Of a DNA stretch of 64,000 nt, positions 1 to 10,700 are shown in pieces. A model generated the notes under the pieces. It searched no databases. It was not told the origin of the DNA and worked only from the letters and a program-made list of their open reading frames with translations. Origin of the DNA: a virus. The stretch's first letter is position 1. Each line of letters opens with the position of its first letter. The stretch spans positions 8,595-72,594 of IMG/VR virus record IMGVR_UViG_3300045836_000088; one strand, 5' to 3'. Both the position numbers and the translations under genes were made by a program.

Positions 1-2516
1 GTATTGTCCATTGCTGCTCTTTGGGTAGGGGTAAATGATCCCCCAACTGAAAGACCTGACTGCCCGTAGAATGTTAAGCCACCGTTGTATGAGGTTACAG
101 CGCCCATATAAGTATCTTTTGCTACATAGTTGGAGCCGTTATAGGCAGCACCACCTAACAGGAAAAAGTTATTTGAGCCAGCAGATCCAGCGTACAAGCC
201 ATTATCTGAGGCTCCAAATGCCGCGTGTATTTGTGCAGCACCTGTGCTGTTCGCAATATCTAAAGCATAACGTGGAGTTAATGATTTATAATTCTTATCA
301 CCCAACATCGCCCATCCATTAGGACTAAGTATTAAAGGGAAATAGTTACCAATCTTTTTGGCTTTACTTTTGGGGTTAAAGAATGCAATAAACTGATTCG
401 ACATTACTTTATGGCCTTCATTGCTTGGGTGCAAACTATCGAAAGGCGCATACAATGGATTGCCACTACCATCTGCCATTGGGGTATAAAAATCAATACA
501 ATTCTGATACCCGTAAGTACTTAATAGCCATGAATTAAAAGTTTGTACAGCTGTTTTATAGGTGGAATTATCGCTTCTTGGCGTTAATAAGCAAATAAAT
601 AGATTAGTGCCAACTGTATAGCCATTGGATGTAAGCGAATTGACAAGGTTTGCATATTTAGTCTCTGTAGTACTTGTACCGTCAGAGGCAATATTATTGG
701 TACCTATTGAAAGGACAATTGTTGATGCCTGTGTGGCTAATATCTCGCTGAGATTAACATCGTCAATAGATTGGCCTGCTGTAGCATTTAAAAGCGTGGT
801 GACGTTAGCATAATTCGAAACTAGTTCAATCCACTTATCAAAAGCATTGTCGGTAAAGAGCCCTCTGGTTATTGAATCACCAATTACGAAATAAGTAGGC
901 GACTTATTTTCGTTTCTGTCTACTTTAAAAAGCGTCACATCAAATGTCCCCTGTATAACGCCGATACCAAAACGGAAAGCATTAGGGAACATTACACTTA
1001 CCGGATACGTCTGAATAAACTCGTACTCTGACGTATTGGTCATGCCCGTATTCTGATCTATTACTGTTGTTAAAATTTTATTTCTAATGAACTTTATTTT
1101 AACATTTAGCACGTCACCAGTGGTTATAGTCATACCATTGGTTGAGCTTAAAAATGGCGTAATGGAGTTATTGTAGTAGTATTTTATATAGCCATCTACC
1201 CCAACGCCAATTTGAAAGCTTGCATTATTATGAACAGCGTTCGATTGAAGCGTATAAAATAAGGCGTCACCACTATTTGTTGATCCTACTGTAGCGGTGC
1301 TACTGATCGTAAAAGCCTCACTGTTACTATTTCCGTAAGCAGAATAAGTAATATACTTGCTAAGCGAAGTACTACTGGCGGTGGTCAGGTGCAACTTATT
1401 ACTTACAATAGTTATAGTGCCGCCACTATTATCTGTCCAGTTGGAGCCTAAAGAAGCTCTGCTAAAGGTATCGTTTATAACTGTTCCAACTTCTGGTTGG
1501 GAGTAGGCGGTAGGGTCAATTCCGCTACTTGTCAAATACGCAGCATCATTATTGAAATAACTCACATTCGTTGGGAATGTATTTAGTGAGCCATCACCCC
1601 TAATATACTGTGCAGTTGTGCCCGTTGGATTATTAAACTTTCCGGTAATCGCACTGGCATTGGTAGCTATAGCATTATCGTGATTGGCTAATGCCTGTTC
1701 TAAATTATCGCCTACAGAGTAAGATGATCCTGTCGAAGTCGGCTTTGTACTTATGGTATTTGTCTGGCCGTTAGTTATCCCATAGCCACTTAACATTGTT
1801 GGGGTACTTGTAATTTTAGACCAAGGAAAAGAAGCAATCCAGCTTGGATTTGCATAACTGCCAGTGAGTAAAGGGTATTTAGTATCGGCTGTAGCCGCTG
1901 TTTGATACGGGCTAAGTGCTGCTGTTACTGCTGATGTGCTTGGGTAATCTGTCGCACTATTGGTAAGACTTGTTACTTTGTTGGCCTGATTTTCAGGGGT
2001 GAACCCTAAAGCGGCTTGTTTTCCATTAAAAGTAGTCCAATCGGCGGCACTTAAATATCCCGGCTGCAAAGTGCTTGCTTGTTGGATAGTTACATTGTTA
2101 TTGCCGTCTACTGCTAAAGGTGAGCTATATGTGTAAGTACTTCCGCTTACTTTCTGAATCAGGTTTGCATCTGCCTGCCCGTCTTTAAACCAATACTCTA
2201 ATACTGACCCGCCAGTCATTACCCCTGTAGTGGCATTAATAGTACCTGTAGGGTTAATGTATATAGGGAAGTTACCCGTCCTGTTTTTAGCCGTAGACAG
2301 ATAAGTTAATACCTCTGCTGTAGACTGATAAGGCCGGTAAACAAAGTGCGTAGCATCATAGTAGTAGCTACGCGCATCTGCCGGAATACCATTAACGCCG
2401 AGCGGCTTACTTACTACAGTATGGGCACTTGGTGAATAAGTCTGCGCATGTGTTTGCACAAAGGCTCCTAAAAATGTAAGGAGCAATAAAGAACTGATTG
2501 TTATTTTCTTAAACAT
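1..2516 (-). CDS. Tail fibre/spike-like protein with SGNH/GDSL esterase domain and apparent N-terminal signal peptide (runs off the window, >=838 aa; absent from ORF track)
   Basis: Hand translation from ATG 2516 gives MFKKITISSLLLLTFLGAFVQTHAQ. It includes fibre-type motifs GYLSAADWTTFNGKQAALGFTPEN and QYIRGDGSL. SGNH blocks FVIGDSIT, IGTNN and DSLHPSNEGH lie in the same frame, which is still open at base 1. Confidence 0.8.
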   Translation of the reverse strand, partial: MFKKITISSLLLLTFLGAFVQTHAQTYSPSAHTVVSKPLGVNGIPADARSYYYDATHFVYRPYQSTAEVLTYLSTAKNRTGNFPIYINPTGTINATTGVMTGGSVLEYWFKDGQADANLIQKVSGSTYTYSSPLAVDGNNNVTIQQASTLQPGYLSAADWTTFNGKQAALGFTPENQANKVTSLTNSATDYPSTSAVTAALSPYQTAATADTKYPLLTGSYANPSWIASFPWSKITSTPTMLSGYGITNGQTNTISTKPTSTGSSYSVGDNLEQALANHDNAIATNASAITGKFNNPTGTTAQYIRGDGSLNTFPTNVSYFNNDAAYLTSSGIDPTAYSQPEVGTVINDTFSRASLGSNWTDNSGGTITIVSNKLHLTTASSTSLSKYITYSAYGNSNSEAFTISSTATVGSTNSGDALFYTLQSNAVHNNASFQIGVGVDGYIKYYYNNSITPFLSSTNGMTITTGDVLNVKIKFIRNKILTTVIDQNTGMTNTSEYEFIQTYPVSVMFPNAFRFGIGVIQGTFDVTLFKVDRNENKSPTYFVIGDSITRGLFTDNAFDKWIELVSNYANVTTLLNATAGQSIDDVNLSEILATQASTIVLSIGTNNIASDGTSTTETKYANLVNSLTSNGYTVGTNLFICLLTPRSDNSTYKTAVQTFNSWLLSTYGYQNCIDFYTPMADGSGNPLYAPFDSLHPSNEGHKVMSNQFIAFFNPKSKAKKIGNYFPLILSPNGWAMLGDKNYKSLTPRYALDIANSTGAAQIHAAFGASDNGLYAGSAGSNNFFLLGGAAYNGSNYVAKDTYMGAVTSYNGGLTFYGQSGLSVGGSFTPTQRAAMDN

Positions 2517-2522
2517 TGCTTT

Positions 2523-3590
2523 TTATGCTGAATAAGTGAATACTGGATTAGTTGGATCGATAGTAGCTATCTGCCTTGTGAAGTAATAGGTATAGCCGCC
2601 TGTAGTTACAGGAGTATTGTATAACTGGTCAGGTATTTGGCCGTTGTTTAATACGCTGTTATACCATGTAATAAAGGCTATCTGTGTACTTGGCACCTTG
2701 AATACAATAAACTTCTGATCGTAGCTAGTAGGCCATGTAATAGCCAATGAACTTGCGCCAAGTGTAAAGCCTGCTGTATTAGGTAGCGGAACTGCTGTGA
2801 TATTCGCTGACGGGTCTGTATCTGAATAACCAAATGATACTGTTGCCTGAATAGTCTCGCTTTTCTGCGCTGAACCTGATGTATATGGAGACTGCGCGAC
2901 TTGGCTTGCAGTGATAGTCACACTTCCCGGTGCTACTGCGTGTAGTTGATTTCCATTCACTATAGTTGCTATTGTTGTATCAGAAGATTGGAAGGTTATT
3001 GCAGCAGGGCTATTTGAGGTAGCTACAAGTGTTTGATCTGCGTCACCAACTTGCATTGGGTTGGGCTGCGTAAAGTTGATTACAGTGGTGATAATTGCTG
3101 TAACAGTTATTGATTGACTTGTTACGCTTGCTGATGTATAACCACTTATAGCCGCCTGACTTGCTGTTACTGTACAAGTACCACCACCTACAGCATGTAA
3201 TTTGCCATTAACTATAGTAGCAACATTAGGGTTAGAAGTAGTATAAGTAACAGTTGCGGAGCTATTAGAAGTAGTATATAACGTCTGGTCAGCATCCCCA
3301 ACATTCATATTGGTAGGCTGAGAGGTGAAGGTCAATACTGTTGTAGTTGCAGGACTATAGTTACCTAAATACTCAGCAAGAAGTGTATATAATTCTTCTG
3401 TTGTGCCATTATAAATGGCGTTATCAACTTGCTTTCTTAAAGCCCACGTTACGACATTCAGCTTAAATAGCTCCGTTTTATAAGGAAGCGGCAAACAAGC
3501 CGGATAGTTGCTTAATATTGTCGCTGATTCACTAGCCAACAAAGCTTCTCCGGCTAATAATGTTGCCTGTATGGTAGATGGGTCTGTCAT
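2523..3590 (-). CDS. Virion protein with two Ig-like (Big_2-type) repeats
   Basis: Two repeats like VTYTTSNPNVATIVNGKLHAVGGGTCTVTASQ; Thr/Ser-rich; lies in the tail gene block. Confidence 0.75.
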   Translation of the reverse strand: MTDPSTIQATLLAGEALLASESATILSNYPACLPLPYKTELFKLNVVTWALRKQVDNAIYNGTTEELYTLLAEYLGNYSPATTTVLTFTSQPTNMNVGDADQTLYTTSNSSATVTYTTSNPNVATIVNGKLHAVGGGTCTVTASQAAISGYTSASVTSQSITVTAIITTVINFTQPNPMQVGDADQTLVATSNSPAAITFQSSDTTIATIVNGNQLHAVAPGSVTITASQVAQSPYTSGSAQKSETIQATVSFGYSDTDPSANITAVPLPNTAGFTLGASSLAITWPTSYDQKFIVFKVPSTQIAFITWYNSVLNNGQIPDQLYNTPVTTGGYTYYFTRQIATIDPTNPVFTYSA

Positions 3591-3829
3591 TTTCTGATAC
3601 GATTAAGGATAGTATAGGCACTATTGATAAAGTTGGAAAAGCTGACTAAATCCCCTTGATTAAGGACTATATCAGCACTTCTCAGAAACAGAAAAGACAT
3701 TTCCATATATATCTTCTCCATTTTTCTCATAGGGCAACATCCATAGCTTTCAAGGTATTTAGGAACCAAGTCAGCAAAACGCTCCCACGCTGAATTATAA
3801 ATCGTTTGATATTGGGTAGGGACTGCCAT
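3587..3829 (-). CDS. Hypothetical protein (tail region)
   Basis: 80-aa ORF coupled to its neighbours (ATGA overlap). Confidence 0.6.
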   Translation of the reverse strand: MAVPTQYQTIYNSAWERFADLVPKYLESYGCCPMRKMEKIYMEMSFLFLRSADIVLNQGDLVSFSNFINSAYTILNRIRK

Positions 3830-3830
3830 T

Positions 3831-4154
3831 TTAAACCTTACTTGCTTGGTATTGAACTAAGGAATACATAGCATTTTCATAGTTCACAGTCAGGTAAACT
3901 ACCAGTGTATCGGTATTGGCTATACCTACTGGAGGATTGCCAAACGTCCACGAATAAGAGGGCAACCCATTAGCATCAAAGCTCTGAGAAAAGGTTGTTG
4001 TTGCATCAATACCAAATGTTTTGCCGAGTGTGTTATCCACTACGCGCAATAGGCTATTTTCCGATAAATCGAAGCCTGTTACATTTGAAATTGTTAATAC
4101 GTTCCCCGCTAGTGTTGCGGTATATACGTTCTGTTTACCTATGATAAGCTGCAT
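3831..4154 (-). CDS. Hypothetical, probably virion protein
   Basis: Beta-rich 107-aa ORF; first gene after the promoter at 4175-4204. Confidence 0.6.
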   Translation of the reverse strand: MQLIIGKQNVYTATLAGNVLTISNVTGFDLSENSLLRVVDNTLGKTFGIDATTTFSQSFDANGLPSYSWTFGNPPVGIANTDTLVVYLTVNYENAMYSLVQYQASKV

Positions 4155-4174
4155 ACTATTGTCTTATTGCTTAT

Positions 4175-4204
4175 CAAAAGTACCCGTTAAAGAGGCTCAG
4201 TTTT
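4175..4204 (-). promoter_or_regulatory. Putative late promoter (AAAA-N18-TACTTTTG)
   Basis: Bacteroidota -7 box TAnnTTTG with AAAA starting 22 nt upstream; same geometry at about 10 sites. Confidence 0.55.
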
Positions 4205-4222
4205 GGGGGTGTAAACTGCACT

Positions 4223-4254
4223 AAAAAAGCCCGCACAATCAAAGTACGAGCTTT
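4223..4254 (-). terminator. Intrinsic terminator after integrase
   Basis: Imperfect hairpin AGCCCG...CGAGCT with A6 on + (U-tract on -). Confidence 0.5.
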
Positions 4255-4278
4255 CTGGTTGGGTTGTTTTATGTATGT

Positions 4279-5583
4279 TTAGAAGGTTAGATCTTCTTCC
4301 TTGTAAATTTTAACTAAAGTAATATCGTAATCTTTCTTATAATCTTCTGTAGTTTTTGTGTTGCTATGTCTCGCGGCGTGGCTTATTTCGTATGATGATT
4401 TACCCAACATCATCATGTGTACAATGCGAGTATGTTTCCATCCATACATTGTGTAATCATTACTCAATTTGCATTTCTCTCTAACTTTATCCCACCTCCT
4501 TGAAAACCAGTTTTTATCACATTGATATGGGCTTGGCAATCCTTGTTTGCCGAAAATATAGTAGTGTTTGGGAAGCTTTCTTAGCCCCATATCATTAATT
4601 GCCCGCGCTAATTCATCAGGGTAATCTCGGTTCTGATCACTGTCATTTTTTGTCCATTCTTTCCTGAACCTAATTTGGTGGAGGTCGAAATCAATGTCAC
4701 CAACCTTAATATTCATAAGCTCCTTATTGGAACGAATCATTACCCAATAAATGAACTGGCAGGCTCGATATAGCGGTTCTACCTTCCTAATCTCCGGCTT
4801 AACCTGCTTTGCTATTATCCTATCAAACCACTTATGTAAGGTAGTTGTAGTCTTTATCTTCTCGATTTTACCCTCTAATGGGTTTTTGGCTACATAGTCT
4901 TCTGCATAAAGCCATCTGAATAACGTATTAGCATATTCCCAATGATGGTTGACAGTCCCCGGCTTCCATTTCCTATCTTTTACTACTTTTCCCATAGCAT
5001 CAGAGATATGCCTATATCTTATATCCCCAACTTTAATATCTTCAGGGATGCCATCTAGAATCCATTCAATTGCGCTCTCGTATGCCTCTATCGTTTTGGC
5101 CTCTACATCCCTGCTTTTTCTGTTCTGGATAAATGCATTAAATGCTTCTTTAGCAACAATAGCCTTTCGACGGTCTTCCTCCTTTACGGTTTTGGAATGA
5201 GCAATTTCCTTTTTTACCTCACCGGTAATCTTAAATGACTTTAATTGATCTTCAAAAGGATTGATTAGTCCAAGCTTCAACGAATATTCAACAAGCTCTC
5301 TTATTTCCTCTGCACGTTCTTCACGCAGGAGCTCTTTTTGCAATCTCTGTTCTTCTGTTAAATTTTTTACGGTGAACCCCTCATTTAAGCCTTTGTATAC
5401 TTTAAATCGCTTAGTTGATCTTGGGTAAAGATCTGGATAGTTTTTCTGTAATTCGGCGGGGACGGCATAGTGAAACTCAATATACCATTTATTCGGATTA
5501 GTCTTAACAATCCTTGGTTTAGTATAAGGTTTAATATCCCTTATCTTCTTACTTCTTTTATAGTCAGGATAAATTAATGCCAT
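4279..5583 (-). CDS. int: Tyrosine integrase (Bacteroidota type)
   Basis: Catalytic pattern: R (MIRSNKE), K (WTKND), YGWKHTR box II variant, ARHS...TTEDY. N-terminal arm-binding-like region; adjacent to attP. Confidence 0.9.
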   Translation of the reverse strand: MALIYPDYKRSKKIRDIKPYTKPRIVKTNPNKWYIEFHYAVPAELQKNYPDLYPRSTKRFKVYKGLNEGFTVKNLTEEQRLQKELLREERAEEIRELVEYSLKLGLINPFEDQLKSFKITGEVKKEIAHSKTVKEEDRRKAIVAKEAFNAFIQNRKSRDVEAKTIEAYESAIEWILDGIPEDIKVGDIRYRHISDAMGKVVKDRKWKPGTVNHHWEYANTLFRWLYAEDYVAKNPLEGKIEKIKTTTTLHKWFDRIIAKQVKPEIRKVEPLYRACQFIYWVMIRSNKELMNIKVGDIDFDLHQIRFRKEWTKNDSDQNRDYPDELARAINDMGLRKLPKHYYIFGKQGLPSPYQCDKNWFSRRWDKVREKCKLSNDYTMYGWKHTRIVHMMMLGKSSYEISHAARHSNTKTTEDYKKDYDITLVKIYKEEDLTF

Positions 5584-5731
5584 AGTTGGTGAGGTTAAAG
5601 CATTTCAACTTTACCTATTAGTCAATCTGTAGTAAATCGAATAATCGGTACTAAATTAAATGTTTGATTAGAATGTAGAGTAATGTTTATGGTTTTTCGG
5701 CGGTTATTTGCAGAGTAATAGGCTATTTTTA

Positions 5732-5911
5732 AGGGACATTTCGCGTGTCCCTGCTGTGTCCCCTAATTTTTCGACACCTCATTTTGTGCGTTTTTAATAG
5801 GTTTTGGTGGATTTAGTGCCCAGGGAGAGACTCGAAACATGAAATAAAAAACAGCATTTTTGACCTTTAAATGGCGTTTTTATGAATAGTATTGTGTCCC
5901 TTATGTGTCCC
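5732..5911. mobile_element. attP: tRNA 3'-end-like core (5816-5836) flanked by arm-type repeats
   Basis: The reverse complement of the core, TTCGAGTCTCTCCCTGGGCAC, is a T-loop, T-stem and acceptor 3' strand (tRNA-Leu-like). GTGTCCC occurs at 5745, 5756, 5894 and 5905 (two pairs, each 11 bp apart), with inverted AGGGACA at 5732. Confidence 0.8.
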
Positions 5912-6076
5912 TAAACTTACCTTCTTTAAAAGCGTGTTGCAAAGGTAAAAAGGCTGAGCAGAATTCCAAATTATTTGTTAATTGAGTGCAGTACAATTGT
6001 GTATATCAATTGTTTAAAATAATTTGAAAATTCCGGCTTTATTAATTTGAAGTTAAATATTGGCGGCGTTATTTGC

Positions 6077-6976
6077 CTAAGACTGTACTTGATCCATGTA
6101 GCCTTTTACGAGATATATCCTTCTTATGTCATGCTTGGCAACAGTAAAAGAATCGTATTGTCTTCTCCCGCTTGGCGCGGTAGCAGTGTTATCAGAGTCG
6201 GCAATGATTGTATCTTCAGAATCGCCTTTTAATAACCGCTTGATTGTGCTGTACCCATCAAACTCAATCCAGTACACCTCCCCATAAGAAATATATTTTG
6301 CTGTAACTTTTTTAAGAAATACCACACCTCCGGGTCTGTATATCGGCAACATCGATTCTCCTCTTACAACCCTCCCAAATTCGCAGTCTGAAAATTGAGG
6401 TGCAAACACGTGGTACTTCGGTGAAACTTCTGGCTCATCATTATATACTTCCACTGCACTTCCCATAACTGGCAATTCATAAACAGGTGTCATTTTCTGC
6501 CCTGTTGATAAAGTGGGTGTCATGTTTACTACAATACCCATGCGCTCTGATTCATGAGTATCATGCGCCTTACTGGATGTTAATTCAATTCCCTTGATAT
6601 CTATACCAAAGTTTTCTTTGATTAGCGATAAAACGTCAGTCCCAATATCAGTCTTAGTGTACAGTGCTTGCAATGCTTCGACAGTTATATTTAATTCTTT
6701 TGCCGCCTGCTCATCAGATATACCTTTATCCTTTAATGCTTTTTTTAATTGACGGCCGGTTACTACAGTTTGTTTTGAAAACTGCTTGCTTTGAGCCGGT
6801 TTTACATCTGTCAACGATATGTTGAGTTCAGTTTCTAGTCGCCTAACAAAATTAGGGTCAGGATGAGCACTTTTAATGTAATTATAAAAAGTAACTCGTG
6901 TTATCCCCAATCTCCCCGCAACTTCTGTAACTGTTTTCTTTTGTCTTTTAATCTCGCTTAAGACTGTTTGTTCCAT
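6077..6976 (-). CDS. CI/LexA-like repressor (two HTH domains plus S24 peptidase)
   Basis: HTH VTEVAGRLGITRVTFYNY; second HTH-like DEQAAKELNIT; S24 motifs VRGESMLP and TIKRL; divergent from Cro-like genes. Confidence 0.88.
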   Translation of the reverse strand: MEQTVLSEIKRQKKTVTEVAGRLGITRVTFYNYIKSAHPDPNFVRRLETELNISLTDVKPAQSKQFSKQTVVTGRQLKKALKDKGISDEQAAKELNITVEALQALYTKTDIGTDVLSLIKENFGIDIKGIELTSSKAHDTHESERMGIVVNMTPTLSTGQKMTPVYELPVMGSAVEVYNDEPEVSPKYHVFAPQFSDCEFGRVVRGESMLPIYRPGGVVFLKKVTAKYISYGEVYWIEFDGYSTIKRLLKGDSEDTIIADSDNTATAPSGRRQYDSFTVAKHDIRRIYLVKGYMDQVQS

Positions 6977-7000
6977 TCAGGTTGAATAAAAATAAAAATA

Positions 7001-7066
7001 TTTACAAGTGTATTGACAAATGTAAAAACATGTGTATATTTGTGAAGTAATATTGACAAATATAAA
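7001..7066. promoter_or_regulatory. Immunity operator/promoter region (TTKACA-NN-TGTAAA-like palindromes; -7 box TATATTTG)
   Basis: TTTACAAGTGTATT, TTGACAAATGTAAA and TTGACAAATATAAA lie between the repressor and Cro-like operon; duplicated at 46164-46206. Confidence 0.7.
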
Positions 7067-7088
7067 TAACTATTAAACATTGCACAAC

Positions 7089-7289
7089 ATGGAAATGCCT
7101 AAATCCCGCAGAGAACTGCTTGAGGAAATACACCCCGGTGAGGGTTTACCTATAACTCAAACGGAAAGGCACTCGTGGCAAAGCACAGTGACCGCTATAA
7201 ACAAGAAACTTGGAAAAAAGTTTACAATTCGCACCGATCCTTCCACAAAAGAAATACGTGTCTGGAAGTTAAAATTAAAAATTGAATAA
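7089..7289 (+). CDS. Small putative DNA-binding protein (Cro/Xis position)
   Basis: First gene of the rightward lytic transcript; its KKFTIRT...IRVWKL ending resembles the C-terminus of the 47066 protein. Confidence 0.6.
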   Translation: MEMPKSRRELLEEIHPGEGLPITQTERHSWQSTVTAINKKLGKKFTIRTDPSTKEIRVWKLKLKIE

Positions 7290-7527
7290 AGCAATGTACG
7301 TAGCCCATTCTAAAATAAGGGTAGTATCTAAACCATATGCCCAGCCTAAAAAAACACGAGCCGAAGTTTTACACGAAAATGCCTTATTGTTTGCAGCGGA
7401 CTTTACACTGACTATAAGTAGAAATGCAAAAAAAGAGTCAGAGTATATTTTAAGAAGTACGCTTAATGATGAGGAATATGAATATTACCTATTGACAAGA
7501 ACTGGTAACAACCCGAAGGCTATTTAA
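7282..7527 (+). CDS. Hypothetical protein, paralog of 41235-41507
   Basis: Shared C-terminus LNxEEYEYYL...PxAI. Confidence 0.55.
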   Translation: MNKAMYVAHSKIRVVSKPYAQPKKTRAEVLHENALLFAADFTLTISRNAKKESEYILRSTLNDEEYEYYLLTRTGNNPKAI

Positions 7528-7528
7528 C

Positions 7529-7732
7529 ATGAACTTAGATTATAAAGCAATTGCGACATTTTTAAGAGCCAAGGTCGAAAGTGAAGGTAAGTTACAGACA
7601 GAAATCGCAAAAGAGATAGGCATCAGCATGTCTTCTCTGCAAAGGGCATTAAAGGGTCAATTGAAAGACATTGATCCTTTAATGGCTATCTGTAACTTTA
7701 TTGGCAAATCAATTTATTTGTTTGTTAAATAG
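7529..7732 (+). CDS. Cro/C1-type HTH protein
   Basis: LQTEIAKEIGISMSSLQRALKG...LMAICNFIG. Confidence 0.8.
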   Translation: MNLDYKAIATFLRAKVESEGKLQTEIAKEIGISMSSLQRALKGQLKDIDPLMAICNFIGKSIYLFVK

Positions 7733-7737
7733 CATTC

Positions 7738-10700
7738 CTACTCCTCGTCGTTATCTAAATTATAACCCATTAATTTAGCAGCATCTTTAGCTTTCTGAAC
7801 ACCGACCCGTATTTTGAAATCCTTAATAAACTTATCTTCTCCCTGTGGGGTGGTTATTGCTTCTTTAACGTTTGATATTTGTTTTACTGTTGGTATTCCT
7901 TCAGCTATAGCCCCACCTGTAGCGTATGTCCCTCTTAGTATGGCATCTGTTTGACTTTCGCCTTTATCATCCACGTAATGATCGTGAACAATACCCCATG
8001 TTGCGCCCATCTGCATAGCCTGAAACTGGTAGGTGTGTTGCACTTCTTTAGGGATTGATACACCGAATAAATTGAGGTAGTCAGCGTCCGGCACATCTAC
8101 TGTTTTATCCCTTTCTTTGTCTGAATAGAATTTAGTATAAAGGCCGCCTGCTGATTTACCGGCCAAGTAAAAACCTAATGTCCAGTAGGCCGCAGCAATC
8201 GCCCCTTTCTTGATATGAAGTAGTAAAGCCTCCTTTTCATCGGTAGTCAGGTTGTCTATACCTTTTTTTAGCTGACTATTTACATCTAAGGCTTTCCATA
8301 GATTATAGGGTAATTTAAAGGCTAACATACTCCGGCCTATCATGTTAGTGGGAACTGTATTAATAGGGATAAAGAAGTTGTAAATAGCAGATGCGGCATA
8401 TTGTACATCACCCTTTAGCTTGTTTAGCTTAGATGCTGACTGTACATTTTCAATTCCTTTCTTCTCCAATTCATTTAAGTACTGCTTGAATATATTGGCG
8501 CGTTTAGGGCTATTCTGGAATATCTCATATTCTGCTCTTTTCCATGCTGCCTGCCTTGCGCTTTCCAACATCAAAGGGTGGGTAGCATCAATGCCATTAT
8601 CAGCGTACCATTTCATCTGATTAGCAAATGCAGCTTCAAATGTTGCTCTCCTTACAGGGTCTTTGATGATGATATGACCATCTGCTGCGAATAAGTCAAG
8701 AAACGGAATATGGTTTTCATGCGGTCTTGTACTTAACTCCTTTGATAGCTCTGTATCGCCTGATTTAATGATACTCCAAGTGCTTTTAGCTGCTTTAACA
8801 GGGTTCATAAACTCCTTGTACCATTTTGCTTCGGCTGATAAGTTAACATCACCCTCAATAGGTGCGCCTTTAGCTAATAAAGGAAATGCTTTAGAGGCAA
8901 CTTTACCAACTGCTTGTTCCGGTAATCTATGCAGGAATGACCCTAACACAGCAGATGAAGCAAGCTTGGTGTAAACCGCGTTGGATGCAAAGAAAATAAC
9001 ACGCCTGCCCCAACGGTTAGTCCAATCCATTGCCCTCATCATCTTACTTTTTTTGCTATTCATGGCCTCTTTCTCAAGGACGCGTAAACGCTGTTTTAAA
9101 GCAATTCTCTCCTTATTATTCTTAATCCATTCAGGGTTATTCTCCCATGTGCGTTTAATGTTTGGCAACTTAAAGAACTCACCTTTGTCGATCTTGGATT
9201 GCAGGGTTCTAACTTCCTTTTTAATATCCTCAATAGAAGCATCAGGATTTTCATTGCCTAATTTCTTCCTAAGTTCCCGCACCTGCTTCTGTAACGCTTT
9301 TACTTCAGGGCTTGCTTCGCCTTTAGCTTTTGTTTTGGCAACAATTCCTTTTTCAAGCTCTGCTATTTTAGCTAAGTTCCGCGCCTGCGCCCTTAAATCA
9401 GCGATTTGCTTTTCCAGTTCAGGGCGCGTTTTTTCAGACCGATATTTACCCGCTATAATGTCCCTTATATCATCTTTGGTGATACCGCTTACAACGTCTT
9501 TTAAAGCATCGTGGACATTAGTTAATACATCATCAAGCTTGTCTATCCCTTGTTCTGAAAAACTCCTTACAAGCCTTAAAACGTGGGGAGCAATAGCGTT
9601 TAACTGCGGAACACCGGGGAGTGTTAAGTTTGCCTGTCCGAAGGACTTTTTAAAGTCACGCTTTAAATCTTCGAGAATAGAAGCACGTTCCTTTGAATAC
9701 TGTTCTGCGGTTTTTTTCTCCCGCTTGATACCTAATACGCTTTTCTTGCGCTTAAATACCTCTACATTGGCTTTAGCCTGTTCGTCTGCAATCTGCTTTT
9801 CAAGCTTTTCGTTCTTAGCTTGTATCTCGTCAAACTTCTGTTGCAGTTCTGCTAATTCCTTTTTGACATCATCGGGTATATCGCTCCCATAGATAGTTTT
9901 AATGCGGTCAATAGCATTCAGGATTTCACCCTGCTCGTTGGTAGCAAGCTGTCTTGACCTAAATGCGTTGGATTCGGCATTACCCATGATTTGTGAAGCG
10001 TCTAATCTTCTAGCTTCGAGGTCGTGCCAGTTTAATAACTGTTGGGTAATAGTAGCCAAGTTGCCTTTTGCTTCTTGGTTATCGGGATTGTTCTTTAACT
10101 CATCCTCTAAATCAAGTTTGGCACTAATAAGATTGCGCTTAGTTTCGGCAAGTTGTCTTTCGTAGTAATTCATTGCCAACTCCTCATCCGCACTAAAGCC
10201 TACTTTCTTAGGGTCATCAATATGGGCAAGTGCTTTGCTAATAACATCTAAAGGGTTTATGTCGCCATTATCAACTAATTCCTTACCACGTACCAATCCC
10301 TCATCCATTGTCAGCCTTTTAGGAAGATCCAATGGTTTTATTCCTAACTCACCACGCAAGGCATCATTAATAACTTTCTTTACCCCAATAGCCTTTTCTT
10401 CGGGCTGTGACACTTCTTTGGGAAGTTCATCTAAACCGCCTAATAGCTCGTTAAAATGACTTTCAACTTCCTGAGGATTAATACCACCGCTATTAGCCTT
10501 AATGTGGTCTACAGCGGCTTTAATTGCGTCAGCTAGTTTACCACCTTGCTCTATAACGGTGGCTGCTGTTTCTAAGGCTCCATCATATACTGCGGCACCT
10601 ACACCTTGTAAACCGCCATAGACCTGTCCTTTTTGAGTTTTTAAGGAGCGGATTTTATCAGCGATAGCTTTGGCTTTTTCTGAATGTGTTACTTGCTCTT

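Noticed and set aside
1-4154. Diversity-generating retroelement or invertible tail cassette
   Set aside because: No reverse transcriptase, template/variable repeat pair or invertase repeats seen in this window.
5790-5860. Possible tRNA gene
   Set aside because: Only the T-loop-to-acceptor 3' portion is present, with no D or anticodon arms, so it is read as the attP core.
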